In this document: in pieces, positions 14,381 to 27,055 of the stretch
Numbering within the stretch: position 1 is the stretch's first letter
How the letters are laid out: each line of letters opens with the position of its first letter
Source of the DNA: Marsupella aquatica
Lineage: Eukaryota; Plantae; Marchantiophyta
NCBI GenBank assembly: GCA_973895155.1
Contig: OZ316891.1
Location: 7,061,808 to 7,125,807 of the forward strand
Reading direction: 5' to 3'
DNA length: 64,000 nucleotides
Made by a program: the position numbers and the translations under genes
Notes under the pieces: generated by a model
Seen by the model: only the letters and a program-made list of their open reading frames with translations
What the model was told of the DNA's origin: nothing
Database searches by the model: none

Positions 14381-15089
14381 ATGATCCTTAACTAGATCAA
14401 TTTACTGTGTCTCAGGTAGCCCTCTACATCAAAATCAATGTTCCCAGAAATGGCTCTACATTAGGGTCCAAATAGAATGTGGCACTCCTTCACGCAAGAA
14501 TTCAGGTGGGATCACGGACGAGTGCTCGCAGATCCCACCACCATGTATCGTCATTACATTTAGAATGACTGCTTCGAGTTCTCTTTCACAGATGTGAATC
14601 TCGTCCTCTCAGTTCACAGCACTTGTACCTGTGAGCAGCAGCAATGAGGAAAATGTGGGTCCAAAATGATATTCGGTCAGAAATCACCCAGACTTCTTCC
14701 GAGTCCTTGAGATACGCCAAATGGTCTTCAGGAGGTTTTTCGTTTTAAGGCCTTGTTAACAAGTTAACATGAATCTTCTCTTCCCCAAAGGGCTTTAGCT
14801 CATATGGAATCTCAACGGCGGCCTTGAAAATCTTCATCACGGAATGACAATTATCTAGTTGTAGTGTTCATGACCACACCTAACTGACTGTCAGCCTTCA
14901 CTAGTTTTGGGCCTAAGGTCATTCATAAAATAACTTTAAATTTAGATATCTGAATTTCAGTGTACATAGTCTTATGCCCTTGTTTCAGATGACATTCCTC
15001 TGAGTGCTTCAATTATCAAATGAAATTCCAGGTTCTTGTTTGATTGTGATGAAGTTTCCAAACATTAACACTGCCAGCTGAATCCAGCT

Positions 15090-15970
15090 AGTTCTAAACC
15101 CACCAGTTCAGCTGAACCTAGTACTAGCAGGTGCTGAGTTCTAAACCCACTAGTTCAGCTGAACTAGGTGCACCCACTACTGCGAGATCTACTTTTTGCA
15201 AAGCAGTTAAAAAATAGGGGAAATTGCCTCAACCCATCTTGAAGAGAAATCTCTTTGATGGACAAATTCTGGGAATGCATCCAAATCCTCTGCGTACATT
15301 TGGGCAATCCAACAAGTGTGTATGATACCTTTCATGTAGGCATCCCAGTAATTACCCATCAAAATGTGACAAAAGGATTTGGACAATCCAACAAGGGTGG
15401 ATGATGATCTTTCATGTAAGCAACTGTGTATGATGATGATATATTCTTTCATGTAGGCATCCCGGTAATTACCCATTAAAATGTGACAATAGGATTTGGA
15501 CAATCCAACACGTGGGGATGATGATCTCTCATATAGGCATCCTGGTAATTGCATATCAAAATGTGACAATAAACACTGTACTGGGTCTCTCCATACCATG
15601 ATAAATCTATTACTTTGTTTAAATTTTATATATATATAAATACATATCTGGCACCCAATTTTTGATGTGCAATTATCAGGACGTCTCATGTAGGCATGAT
15701 CAAACCCATTCTAAGGAGTATGCCATATTCGTAGTGAATCACTAGTTCTAAACATTGACCTAGTTTAGCAAAGCAATTTAAAAAAAATAGTCGAAATTGC
15801 TTCAATCCATCGTCAGGTCTCTCTCTGAAAATAGAAGTCTTGGAGAACTCTCTTCGATGAACCAAATCCAGAACTGCATCCTTAATCCTGTGTATGCCTC
15901 AAATTTAGTGACAGCTGGATTTGGACACTCCATCAAGCGTGGAAGATAATCTCTCATGTAGGCATGGTCT
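15090..15970. repeat. Degenerate local duplications and ~115-bp tandem units
   Basis: ttctaaaccca.(c/t)agttcagctgaac x2 at 15092 and 15139. The unit ...tttcatgtaggcatccc.gtaattaccca.caaaatgtgacaa.aggatttggacaatccaaca recurs ~3 times at 15305-15570. Segment 15195-15295 recurs degenerately at 15765-15900. Confidence 0.75.
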
Positions 15971-16006
15971 AAAAAGTTTGCCAAACTACTAAACTAGTAC
16001 TTATCT

Positions 16007-16009
<3 letters not shown>

Positions 16010-16043
<34 letters not shown>
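16010..16043. repeat. (CT)n microsatellite
   Basis: About 16 CT units, directly visible. Confidence 0.95.
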
Positions 16044-16045
<2 letters not shown>

Positions 16046-17564
16046 AATGCAGATTTTACCAGATTCATGAGTTTAAGAAGTATCTGTCATCACGTCTTGC
16101 ATGACGATAGCTTCTAGTAAAAGTGAGCGCATTGTTCATGCACGGGCATGTACAAAGCCAGCTGGAATTGCACATGTTTTCGAAGGTGAAATTTACATTT
16201 TGAATTCTTGGGCCTTTTTGTTTTGCTCGAGAAACAATTCTGTTTTTTTTTTCTTTCAGGGGGAACAGCTCTAGAGCAAGCGAAACAATATGTTTTGTTT
16301 TAAGTCATTCAAGACAGATTCTCCAGATTTGGTGAGTGAAAGTCTTCTTTGGATGGCACAGATATTGATGACTTTCTTAGACTATTTGGCGCATTACTAC
16401 GCTTCAACAAGCTCCCTCAACTTCTTAAAGTTTGCCAAACTGCCTCTCGTTACACAAATCTATAAAACACTCATGTGTTTAACCTGGGTTGATTTAACCT
16501 TATGAGCATTTCAGCCCCTTGTAAACCTCACACCAATCCATCCAAAACAATCTCAAAGAGCCCTTGAAGCAAGCAAAACTTAACCATGGGCGAGGTACTT
16601 GCAGCCCATTTTGTTTTAGTTAGTCATTATTCAATCCAAGGCTGTGATGCTGGAACATGACAGCCCAATTTATTTTCAAAACAGAGGGCCTTGCCCTCCA
16701 GCACAAGGCCCACAATTGAACAATAGTGCACAGTCTGGGGAATAAAACTTTTCCTTGACTTTTACTCAAAATGATAAAAATTAAATTCTTTTAGGGACTT
16801 TAAGTAAAGTGAATTAATGCCCAGGTGTTACAAGAGCATTGTGGGCACATAAACCCTTCAAAACCCAAGCTAAAACCCTCATATTTTATTTATTTATTTA
16901 TTATTATTTGGGGGTGGGGGGCGCTCTGGCCACAATGGACTGATATCAGGGCTTTACTGTATCTATAAGGCCAGGATGTTTCATTAAATAGGACCTTCTA
17001 TTCGAGGAAAAACTTTTTTTATATGACATGCTGTTGTTTTCATTCTCAAGCACAAAGCCCAGGCCTTTTTTTTTTTGGCGGGGGGGGAGGCACCAGATCA
17101 AAAATTGTGGTTGATGTGGTTTCAATTTCCTTCCTTGTTTAGGGCCTCTTCGCCCATCGAAACGAAACCATAAAATCAAAGCAAATCAAATTTATCCACA
17201 TTTGGGATTTTTGTAGTAAATGTTCCCATCATGTCACCTAACTACTTTCTCTTCCCGAGGATGTTGGATTCTCACTCCTCCTTTGGTACAGTTTTATACG
17301 GTAGCATGATTCTGCCATGCAAGATCTTTCTCACGGATGGGCCTCCTCCTTTTTACACGTGTGACATTTCTTTCCACGTATTTATTAATTGGTTTTGGAT
17401 ATTTTCATTCATGTGTATTCTCTCTCATCTTTCTTCAGTCTTTTCGTCCCTTCGAGGAGTCATCACCATAGCTTCCCCATTCCTCGTGGGTTAAGTGTCA
17501 TCTAGGGAATGGGAGATTTGGGATTTGTCTGGATAGGTTCCGCATTTGACCAGGTGGGTGACTG

Positions 17565-17995
17565 GGCAAGTGCCTGGTAAGTTTGTGGAGTACTAGGGCG
17601 TCTCAAACCAGCTCAATCCTCAAGGTTTCATGTGACTAATATTTTGTGGGGCTGAGTCAGCAATGAGAAATCTGGGGTTCCCACAAACATGATTGTTATC
17701 AACTCAGGCAAGTGCCTGGTAAGTTTGTGGAGGACTAGGGCGTCTCAAACCAGCTCAATCCTCAAGGTTTCATGTGACTAATATTTTGTGGGGCTGAGTC
17801 AGCAATGAGAAATCTGGGGTTCCCACAAACATGATTGTTATCAACTCAGGCAAGTGCCTGGTAAGTTTGTGGAGGAGTAGGGCGTCTCAAACCAGCCTCA
17901 ATCCTCAAGGTTTCATGTGACTGAAATTTTGTGTGGCTGAGTCAGCAATGAGAAATCTGGGGTTCCCACCAAAACATGATTGTTATCAACTCAGG
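17565..17995. repeat. 142-bp tandem repeat, 3 near-identical copies
   Basis: Units start at 17565, 17707 and 17849 with ggcaagtgcctggtaagtttgtggag and end ...catgattgttatcaactca. Only a few substitutions and indels between copies. Confidence 0.95.
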
Positions 17996-18371
17996 TGATG
18001 AGTACACTGGCATAGGCACCAAAATCACTGCACACTACATGTATCCAAGCCTTCAAGAATTGTTGTCGCCCATTCAAAAATCATTGGCGCCCAGTTGACC
18101 CACAAGAGCGTGTTGAAACCCATCTCAACCTGGAAACCCAAGTTCGCCCCAAAGTTGACTTTTGGGCAGGGTTGCGGACGTAGACTACTCAGACCAGCTG
18201 AATAAAAATAATAGGAAACACCAGGTTTGAGATGCACTACTGTAGTTTGGGGCAGCACCGATGACCTTATTTTCCAGTTTCTACTTCATTGCCTTTCTCC
18301 GAGGCTGCTTTCTCCTAAGCTGTTGGTTTTAGGGGCCTCTAGAACTATTTTTTGTTGTGACCTTCCTATGT

Positions 18372-18945
18372 GATTTACTCCGGAGCTCTACCAAGCTTTA
18401 AATTTACTGTTGAGTAGTAGGGCTTCAGTTCCTTGGCAGAGGGGGGGGAGCAGTGTTTTTTTAGTGGAAAAGTCACTAAAAATAGTGAATTTGTCAAATT
18501 CCACCTCACTGAAAACAATAATACAACAACAATAGAATGGAGTAATAAGAGTGGCAAGTTGGAAGACTTCTTAGTGAGTATGCTCAATTTCACCTCACTA
18601 AAAAGCCTTCGACTACTTTCGGCAAATATTCACCAAGATTTTTTGTCTTTGATTATCTACAGTGCTTTTTCTTCTAGCCAGAGACCCCACTAGCCAGAAT
18701 CTGACAGTTATCCTCAAATCTAAGAAGATCTAAGGGTCAAAAATTAATGTAGAGAAAATTGATAAAGAATATTGTTAGCATCTTTGAAAAGAAAAAAAAA
18801 ACTTGAAAATTACCTGGTGGGGGACGACTCTCACACTTTTTGTCCCTTTGGTTTCTTGTGTATATTCCTATCATTTAATCCCTTTGTTGGGTCTAGTCTC
18901 TCCAGGTTTGGCACTTTTTGTCCTTTGGCAGTGTGACATCTTATT
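18372..18945 (+). mobile_element. Copy of dispersed repeat family (retroposon 3'-end-like), interrupted by ~400 bp of unrelated sequence
   Basis: Start gatttactccggagctctaccaagcttt matches 56903 and revcomp of ~29130. End tccaggtttggcactttttgtcctttggcagtgtgaca matches 57553-57590 and revcomp of 44335-44375. Confidence 0.55.
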
Positions 18946-19005
18946 GGGAAAGTGTGTGGCTGGAAATGTCCAGAGCCTCCTGGCTTTGAAGAAACCAAAT
19001 CCTCA

Positions 19006-19087
19006 ACAACTCCACTATATTTGTTAGTGTCTGAGATTTTTTATGACAACTCCACTATATTTGTTAGTGTCGGAGATTTTTTTATGT
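19006..19087. repeat. 41-bp tandem duplication
   Basis: acaactccactatatttgttagtgtc(t/g)gagattttttatg x2. Confidence 0.9.
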
Positions 19088-19129
19088 GTGCTGCTTTTCT
19101 CTCTGTTTTGTCTGAGAATTGCATCTTTT

Positions 19130-19790
19130 TGTCTACTGTATGTGAAGACGGCAGCAGCAGCAGCAGTATGCTGAGCAGCTCCGCATCTGATGAGAATCTG
19201 AAAGTAGAGGACAATTGTGATGGGGGAGTTGAGAGAACGGAAGCTACAGTAGACATCGAGATTGTGGCTGCTGAAGCTGCAGACAAGGGAATGTGTGGTG
19301 CTGAGAGTGGCTACGAACGGAAAAGATGGCCAATGGCCTTGTTTAGGAATCGTCTAGGTGGAAAACAGATACGGTCCTGCCCTGGTGAGTAGACCTGGAA
19401 GGCTAGCAGCTACGGCAGCCATCGATTCAGGAGGCAGACCGGAATGGCAGGGAAAGTCTGTTGTGGTTACAAACCAATCAAGGGAGATGGCTGACTTGGG
19501 CTTCACCTGGTCAGTCTTGAGAATGAGTGAAGGGACCTTCTCGAGTTGTCTGATGTGTGGGATCTTTGACAAGTCCAGGAAAAGAAAAATTCTTCCTTGA
19601 GAAAAGTGAGGGACCCTTGTCCTAGTTGAGTAAGGTGTGAGATCTTTCGCAAGTTCAGTAATAGAAAATTCCTGGAGCTTTCGAGGTGCATCACTCGTAA
19701 GAAAGGATTGCTAACTGTGTACTGTAGCTTGTGCATCAGGCTGACGGTGGAATCTGTGCAGACTGATAACCGTGGTATCCACTGTACTGG
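19130..19790 (+). pseudogene. Possible decayed gene fragment with Cys-rich (MYND-like) remnant
   Basis: Coding-like composition in ORF 18952-19392. Downstream frames give CLMCG...LSRC...VYCS, broken by stops and frameshifts. Weak. Confidence 0.2.
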
Positions 19791-21974
19791 GTTCTTTAGT
19801 GAGATGCTGCAGTCAGTTACCTCTCACCGCTCTTGATTTTAAAGACCCCCAAGGTCAGATATTTTACAGTACTTGTGTTTCGTCGCGCCGAACTGCCGGT
19901 ACATAATCATGTCAGGCGCCTCATCAGATAGATACCGTTTTGCGGTACGTGCGTTTTGTTGTGCCGGTACACTATCTTGCCACTCGTCGTCTCAACAGAT
20001 ATTTTTTGGGTTCTTGAGTTTTGTTGTGAAGCTACACAATCACGCTCCCGTACTCGTTCATCGTCACCACAGTGCGCGTCTGAGATATTTGTCGATTGGG
20101 CTGGCTGATGGCTGTGTCAAATACAACGTTTGCATCCGCACTACAATTCTCCTCTTCGTTATCCTGACAGCTAAATTGGCTTCAGTCAAAGTTAGCTATC
20201 ACTCAAACAGTGACCCAACATGATGAATTCTCACAACTACTCTTTACATTAGTCAAGCCGACTTACTGCATTTTATACCCATCTTACGAAACATGTTCAC
20301 CATACTAACTCGACGGACATAATCCTAGGACGTTTTCTCCGGATTCTTGACGATGATTGAAACTGTCTAAAGAGGCCACTGAGGAAACCCCAGATTTACA
20401 ATGGCTCTGTGTCCCCTTTTAGTGCCACTACGCAGGTCCAGTTCCTGACGAGGACCGTAGACATTCCTCACACACATAGTTATTGGCAGATGTCCAGGTC
20501 CTGACTTCTTCTCTTTGACATTCCTCACAAACAGGATTGCTCCCACATTACCATCTCCTTCCAAGGAGAATGCCCAAGCGTAGCTCTAGGAAAGACGGAC
20601 CTTCCATCATGTGGAAATACTCCGAGGTATAAGTTCTCTTGAACGACTAGCATACAAACATCTGCAAGCAATGGTATCGACTGAACTATTAGAACACATC
20701 TCACAGCGCAGATCTGTATAGAAAGCTGCTTTGCTTGCTAGTGCCATTTGAGTAAATGTCAATTCATGTATCTGACAAACACTTTGCTCTCAAATTCCAA
20801 ATTAAAGTCAAATATTTTCTCTTGTGTCCGTCAGTATTCTCTTGGAATAATCATTGGGATGGGTTGTCCTAAGAATGAAAGGGCTCTCCCTACCCATCCT
20901 AGCACATTGGGCTACATTAAAAGTAGCAAAGAAGGTGTGCTCCCAGTCTCTGTGAACAGCCTGGCCTCTCTGCCCTGCCCTACGCTCCATGGTACGAAGC
21001 CATTCACGAGAGAAAGCAGCAGTAAGCATTGAAGCTTACCTCTCTAGAACTGAAATGGATCCGACCTGTTCATACCCTGAGCAATACGCTCCATCTCTTC
21101 AGTTTATGAGCGGTGAGTTCCTCGGTATCCATATCTGGGGAACAGACCAAGCATTCAATACGATACATGGCAAAACACCTCGATTCTCAAGACGTCTAGC
21201 AGATCCGTAATCCTTAACTTGTCTTAAGCTCAAGTCTGTTCTTCATTGTACTCATCTGTATCACTTCAAGAGTCCTCAAAAATTCACCTTCACCGCGAAT
21301 CTCTACATTGCCTAGAATCTCTTTACCAGAATATCTCTCCCACGGTCGTACCTGCGCTAGCTCGGCTACTGCCCAAAACCTGGTCGAATCCCCCAGTCGT
21401 TACAATCTGGTTCTAGGTGTACACAAGCATTGTAGAGTCCCATGTAAAAACCTTCGATCCAACTCATAAAAGGTGAGTTGTATCCGGATAGGCGCAAAAC
21501 TACAGCCTTCCACGGAGCGATAGGAAGTGGGTAAGGACTCCGGAGTACCCAAACAATACTGACAAGGAAGAAGCTGCTATCCAGATTCGGAACCAAAAGT
21601 ATTGCCATCAGGGAGCAACTCTATATAGAGAGTGCCACAGACATGAACTTCACCTGTTTGCGTTTCAAAATTTTAATGAGAAAAATGGGCTGTACAAATC
21701 CGAGGTTCAACGATACATTACGGCCGACTGAAAATCTTCCGATCAATCCTGGCAAGCAGCCTCGAGCGCTCTGGGAACAACTATACACCTATATACTAAA
21801 GTCTAGCAAGTGGCAATTGGCCAAAAAAGTAAACTGAGATCAATGGGTGATAAGCACCATATTCTAATCCTCAGCTGTTCACCTCCGTCCCCGATAACCA
21901 TGTTAAAGTGTACATACAGTCTTCACCAAGACAATGCCGTCCACCTGACATAATTAGCTGCAAAGAACTCATTT

Positions 21975-24525
21975 CTAATCGCAGTTGCCTTTGTTTGGCA
22001 ATTCGTGGTCTCTAGCGTCTTTGACACTCCCAGAGAGTACAGCTGGTTCTACCAAAACGTTGCACTCGTTGTGCAGTCGTCGCCGGGGACCTACGCTTCC
22101 CCATGTAAAGGTTTTAGAAGCACGAGGGCTTCTCCTGAGCAAAACTTCGAACTCCTCCTCCTCATCAAAACCCGAATCTGCTTGATGACTAGGAGCATTA
22201 CATCCCGTAGATTCGGCAAACTGATTTGCACCTGAGGTCCCTTCTCCAAAGTCTCCTTCGGGTAGTCGCTTAAGGAAGATATCTTGCCGGGATTTACGGT
22301 CATCGGACTTCTTAAAAACCTCTTCAGAAGCGCTTCCCTTGTTACTGGTCATAGTAGGTTCCTTCAAAAACGAGACAAAATTTGTTTTCTCGGGCACGCC
22401 TCTAGGTGTTGTTTGCAGAGTGTCATCACGATTCGTCTCCTCCTCTTCTACCAGCTCCTGGTTCAGATCAATCCATCTGTTCACACCTCCAAGCTGCTGG
22501 TGCTCCTCCTTCAGCGACTTCTGCTTGAGAACAAATTGCTCATCCAATTCAACATCTATTTCCGCAAGCAAGCGCTGGGTTGCCTTGAGCTTCTTCGGTC
22601 GGTACGGACCATCTGCAGAAGTTGTAAGAAGCCATCAGTACAGAAAACACAAGGGCAACAAATTAATTTCAACGAAAATTGTAACTAATATTTGAGGATA
22701 GGAGGACAGCGGATCCTATTTCACGTCTTAGAAATGCAAGAAAACTTACCGCTACCAGGATCCAGATTGCAATTACGCTTCTTCGCTTGAATACTAGTAT
22801 CCGCTCTGACATGAGCGCTGGTTGACGCGTGATGTTGGCTTTGGTATCGACTACTCCAGGCAAGAGGAACATGGGACCCTGTGTCGGGGTTGTTCAAATC
22901 TGGAATACTCTCCTTCACTTCCTCTTTTACATCTCCGTTCCCAAAATTGCCAGCGCTGTAAGCTCCATCGACGAAGCCGGTTGCTGGATTGCATGCTTCT
23001 GCATCCTGACCTGCACCAACACTTCCGTGACTTGGAGTGGCCCCTCTCGGGTTAAAGTGCTGTATCCAAGGACTAAGGAACACCGACGGTGATGGTCCAT
23101 ATGTGTGCAAGATTTGAGGTCTATAATACTCTCTTTGATCATAGCACCCTCTTTGGAGAGATGTGAATAACTGCATTGCGTAAAAGGCAAAAACATTTGT
23201 TAGAATGCAAACAGAACCAGAGGAAGCCTCTCGACAGAAAATTCTTGAAAAGGAAAAAAAACTGAAGAACACACTGCATTGTAGGACCCACCTCGGAGCG
23301 GTATGGATTGCCATACATCGGACGGGATTCGACACAATCCTGGTCATCTACCCCGGATGCATCGATCGTATGATAGTCCTGCCCAAACAAGCTTTGCACG
23401 AACGTTTGCTCCATGGAGTTGAGGTAGGAATAATGCTTATCATCTGTCCAAGCTGGGCCGGTGGATTCGTCCATCTTCTGCCCCTGTGCACATACATCGA
23501 ATTAACAATTTCAACGACAGCCAGAGTCCAAAGATAGTGGTCATGGTTGTACCAGATTGCCACAAACCTCATATGCTACACAAGAATGACGTCAGTATTC
23601 CCTTCACTTGTCTCATTGGTAAGCCCCGGAAGAGTAGATGCAGGAGATTATTTTATTATTCCTCACAAAGCCAGGCCTAATAAGAGGGCCTAAATGATTT
23701 GAGTAAATAGACACACACCTAGAGTGGCAAGGGAAAGGAAGAAGCTGGAACAAACGCACTCTTTGGTAAGACATGGAGAAGCAAGAGTACAATAGCGGAT
23801 TCAACGCGGGCGAGAAAGAAGGTAGAATGCGCAGAGGACGACGTCTACGTGCAGTCGAATGCTTCGCAAACCACACCAAACACCCAAGTCGCATGAATTG
23901 CTTCAACAAATCAACGACGCTACTCGAGCCAAGCCAAACCAAGCGAAGTAGAGCAGCCAGCTACACATGATCTCAAAGTCGAAGACCAAACAGAAACATC
24001 TTCATGCATGCAAGAGTGCGCTTTAGCACCGGTGTATACCGCATTGATGCTGTTCTCTTGCTCATCGTCAAACCCATTTGAGTGGTGGCTCCCTTCCGGG
24101 CGTCTGGCCGTTTTCCTATCACGCGTCCGCTCACATTCTCCTTCCTCGTGCAATTTCGAGGCTGCCTCGTCATATGTCACAACGGACCCCCCTGAAGGAC
24201 ATCTCTTCATATTTTTGTCCTCAAAAGCTGGCGAAACTGCATCATCCCCACAATCGTCCTGTGGCACGTTCGACGAGGCGTCCGATTCCATTGAGCTTTC
24301 TGAGGCCACTGATTCCGCGTAGTCGCCATTATCTCCCTCCCCCGAATTCTCGGTGTTCTCTACAGTCTCAACTATCTCTGCCGCTCGCTTGAATGCTGGG
24401 GAAGATGACGGAGGAAGATCAATAGACGCCAGACGACATTTCTCCACGTCCTGATCCCTAATAGACGTAACAGCGTGCCCAGCCCTGTCCAGCTTCCCCG
24501 GCATCGCCCGCAGAATTGGCTCCAT
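21975..24525 (-). CDS. COR27/COR28 (cold-regulated, clock repressor) family protein, 4 exons, ~592 aa
   Basis: Exons 24525-23998, 23483-23292, 23170-22750, 22612-21975 (GT-AG, phases compatible, 1779 nt). Family motifs WTDDKHYSYLNSMEQTFVQSLF (cf. WTDEKHSLYLxSMEASFVxQLY), FTSLQRGCY (cf. FKVLxxGCW) and SPWIQHF (cf. NPWIRHF). The start codon and first donor are less certain. Confidence 0.82.
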
Positions 24526-25942
24526 CTCACCAATCTGTTCCACTTTTCCTCAGCGTCGCACGACGGAAGCCCCTCAAAACCACAGGGCATGTGCCATCAG
24601 CAAGCCCCACCTCGGGCCTCTGCGAATCTTAAGGGAGGGAGACAGGAGTGACAAGCGAGCACCCTAAACTCATCCGAGACGCTAACTTGGAGTACGCCCT
24701 ATCTCCTCCCACTCAATCGCTCCAGGAGCCTCCATCACTGCAAGATAATCCCAAGGCAAGACCAAATCCTTCACCAACACCCAATTCAAGCTAATCCGAG
24801 TTCAACAACGCGGGGACCCAGACATACCTCTAACCCCGAATGTTATCAACGAGAAGGAGATCTCGACTCAAAGGATTTGACCGGCCCCTCTGGCAAGATC
24901 GGTGCAAAAGCAATCAGCTTTCGTCAGCGGCCAAGCTCTTAGCTTTCAAAGTCTGTCATGAGAATAGAGCAAGCTATCCTTCCAACGCGGACAGAAACAG
25001 TGACAAGGAACACGTCTCCAAAAATATCCCCAACCCCCGCGAAACATAGGTCTAGCACAACGACAGCCGGATGCCGACGGCCGAACCTTGACAGCCTGCG
25101 AACTAGAGATCGCCGGTGAGAGAATCTCCCTCAACCTGATTACGAAAGCTGCAGTACAACAGTCGCACCTACAGTAAGACGCAACAACTGGTCCTCATGC
25201 ACCAGATCAAATTCCTTTCTCTTCGTGACACTTTGATTCGCAAGAAGTACCGCAGGCTTCGTCCGGTCGACTGGTTCAGGTTGCATGCAGCGCCGCACAG
25301 GTCACCACCTCGAACAATAAAAGCCGAGAAACCCCATCACTGTAGAGAAGCTAACTCCAATAATCTCCTTCCCTAGCCTCAACTAACGGCTGAGGGTCCT
25401 TGTTGTTGCACTGCAAAGCACCACGCTGCTTCCTCGCTAACACTGAGTCCCTTTCATCCTTCCTCCTTTTTCTTGTCATTCGAGGTCTATCCCCTCCCTC
25501 GGACAACAACCTGTCAGCCCAATCCCAAATCAAACCCTTTCGCAGTGTTCCGCTAATAATCCTCTCTGTTCTCCTCTTCTGCTACTGTATCTTCTCCACA
25601 ATCAGGTGCACGCTCGACCTTACACGTTGAGTGATTGACTGAGTGACGTCGTCCCCATTTCTTACTGATTCATCCATTTCTCCATGAGATTCTTTCTCTC
25701 CATTTCCCCGCTTCGTCCTCCCTCTTCGCTCGCTCGACCACCAGCGACAATCTGTCACGTCCTCGGCCCACCACCCGGCCCTTGCATAGCAAACGATGGA
25801 CAGCAAAATAAAAGAAAGAAACTGTAGTGAACAAAATCAAAATGGACAGAGACCCTTGTGGAGTTGTGGCGAAACGGGTAGTAACAAATCAGTGAGTGAC
25901 TCACAGCTGAAGGAGTGGGAAAGTCCAGATAGTATGAAACAG

Positions 25943-25951
25943 TCTCTCTCT

Positions 25952-25997
<46 letters not shown>
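25943..25997. repeat. (CT/GA)n microsatellite upstream of the COR27-like gene
   Basis: More than 20 CT units. It reads as a GA repeat on the gene strand, near the presumed transcription start (inference). Confidence 0.9.
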
Positions 25998-26000
<3 letters not shown>

Positions 26001-26619
26001 AATGCGACTCGACTCGACATCTACATTTCTTCTCCCTCGCTCTGCTGACGGAGGAAGGCAAAGGCCAAAAGCAGTGACCCAGTCTTCTGCCTGCGTGTAC
26101 CCATCAGCATTGGACGACCTTCCGAGCTTTGTGGCTATGGCGGACGGAAGTGAGCTTGCCACCCAGCCACGGTGCCAACCCTGCCGGTCCGGCCCGGGCC
26201 TCGCCTTGCACGCCTGCCCTTCGCTTGCTTTTTCCCCCGGGCAGGAGGCCGGCGCTCAGGAAACGAGCGGAAAATGCAAAACACGTTTTTTGCTAACAGG
26301 TTCCCCAAAATAATTGGCGCTAATATTAGTAATTTGGACCCCCAGTTCAGGGAAAGAGACGAAAATCCAAAACAGGCTTCTGATTAACCTGTTCCCCAAA
26401 TGACCAAAATAATCGGTTTCCATTGGTAAATTTGACCCCATTTCCTATATGGAACTAAGTACTGTAACTTGCAACAATTAACCTGAGGTCTCTTGTCATT
26501 GGCTCTGCCTTACCCCAGTTGGAATTTCCCTACACCCTGCTTGTGCCTTCCTTCATCCAGAACCCACGCAGGGGAGGGGGTTTTGAGAAGCAACACAAGG
26601 GGTGCAATTTAGTAACGTT

Positions 26620-27055
26620 TGTGAGTCTCTTTTGAAGTATATAAGGAGCTTGGAACACTACCCTCTTGACCCCTTCACATTTGTCTCGAGCTACAGTACT
26701 TCCCCTTTTCTCGGAAAAAACTGGTGGCATAAAATTTGAATTTGGAAGCTGACTTTGCAACAATTAGAGATCTGGGTTATCAACAAGGAGGACAATAATT
26801 GCCAATTTTTTCTCCATCCAGTTTATTCAAAGATTTTAGGCTTCAAAAAAAGATCGAGGTTCTTTTTGAAAGTAAAGAAGGAGCTCAAGACATGAGTCTG
26901 TAGACACCTTCACATCTGTCTCAAGCTCCTTCCCAACTCTTTGATAAAACTGGAGTGAACAATTTGAATTTGGAAATTGAGTTCTAAACATTAGAATTCC
27001 CCGTTAACACATCAAGGAAGATTGCCAAATTTTCTCTCCATCCCATTTTTTCACA
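26620..27055. repeat. Old ~230-bp tandem duplication
   Basis: Shared anchors ccttcacat.tgtctc.agct, aaaactgg, aatttgaatttggaa and attgccaa.tttt.ctccatcc in 26620-26825 and 26857-27050. Confidence 0.7.

Noticed and set aside
15207-15689. 160-aa ORF with internal repeats
   Set aside because: It is the translation of a degenerate tandem DNA repeat, with no recognisable domain.
22284-24392. Plus-strand ORFs overlapping the COR27-like gene
   Set aside because: Antisense shadows of the minus-strand coding exons.
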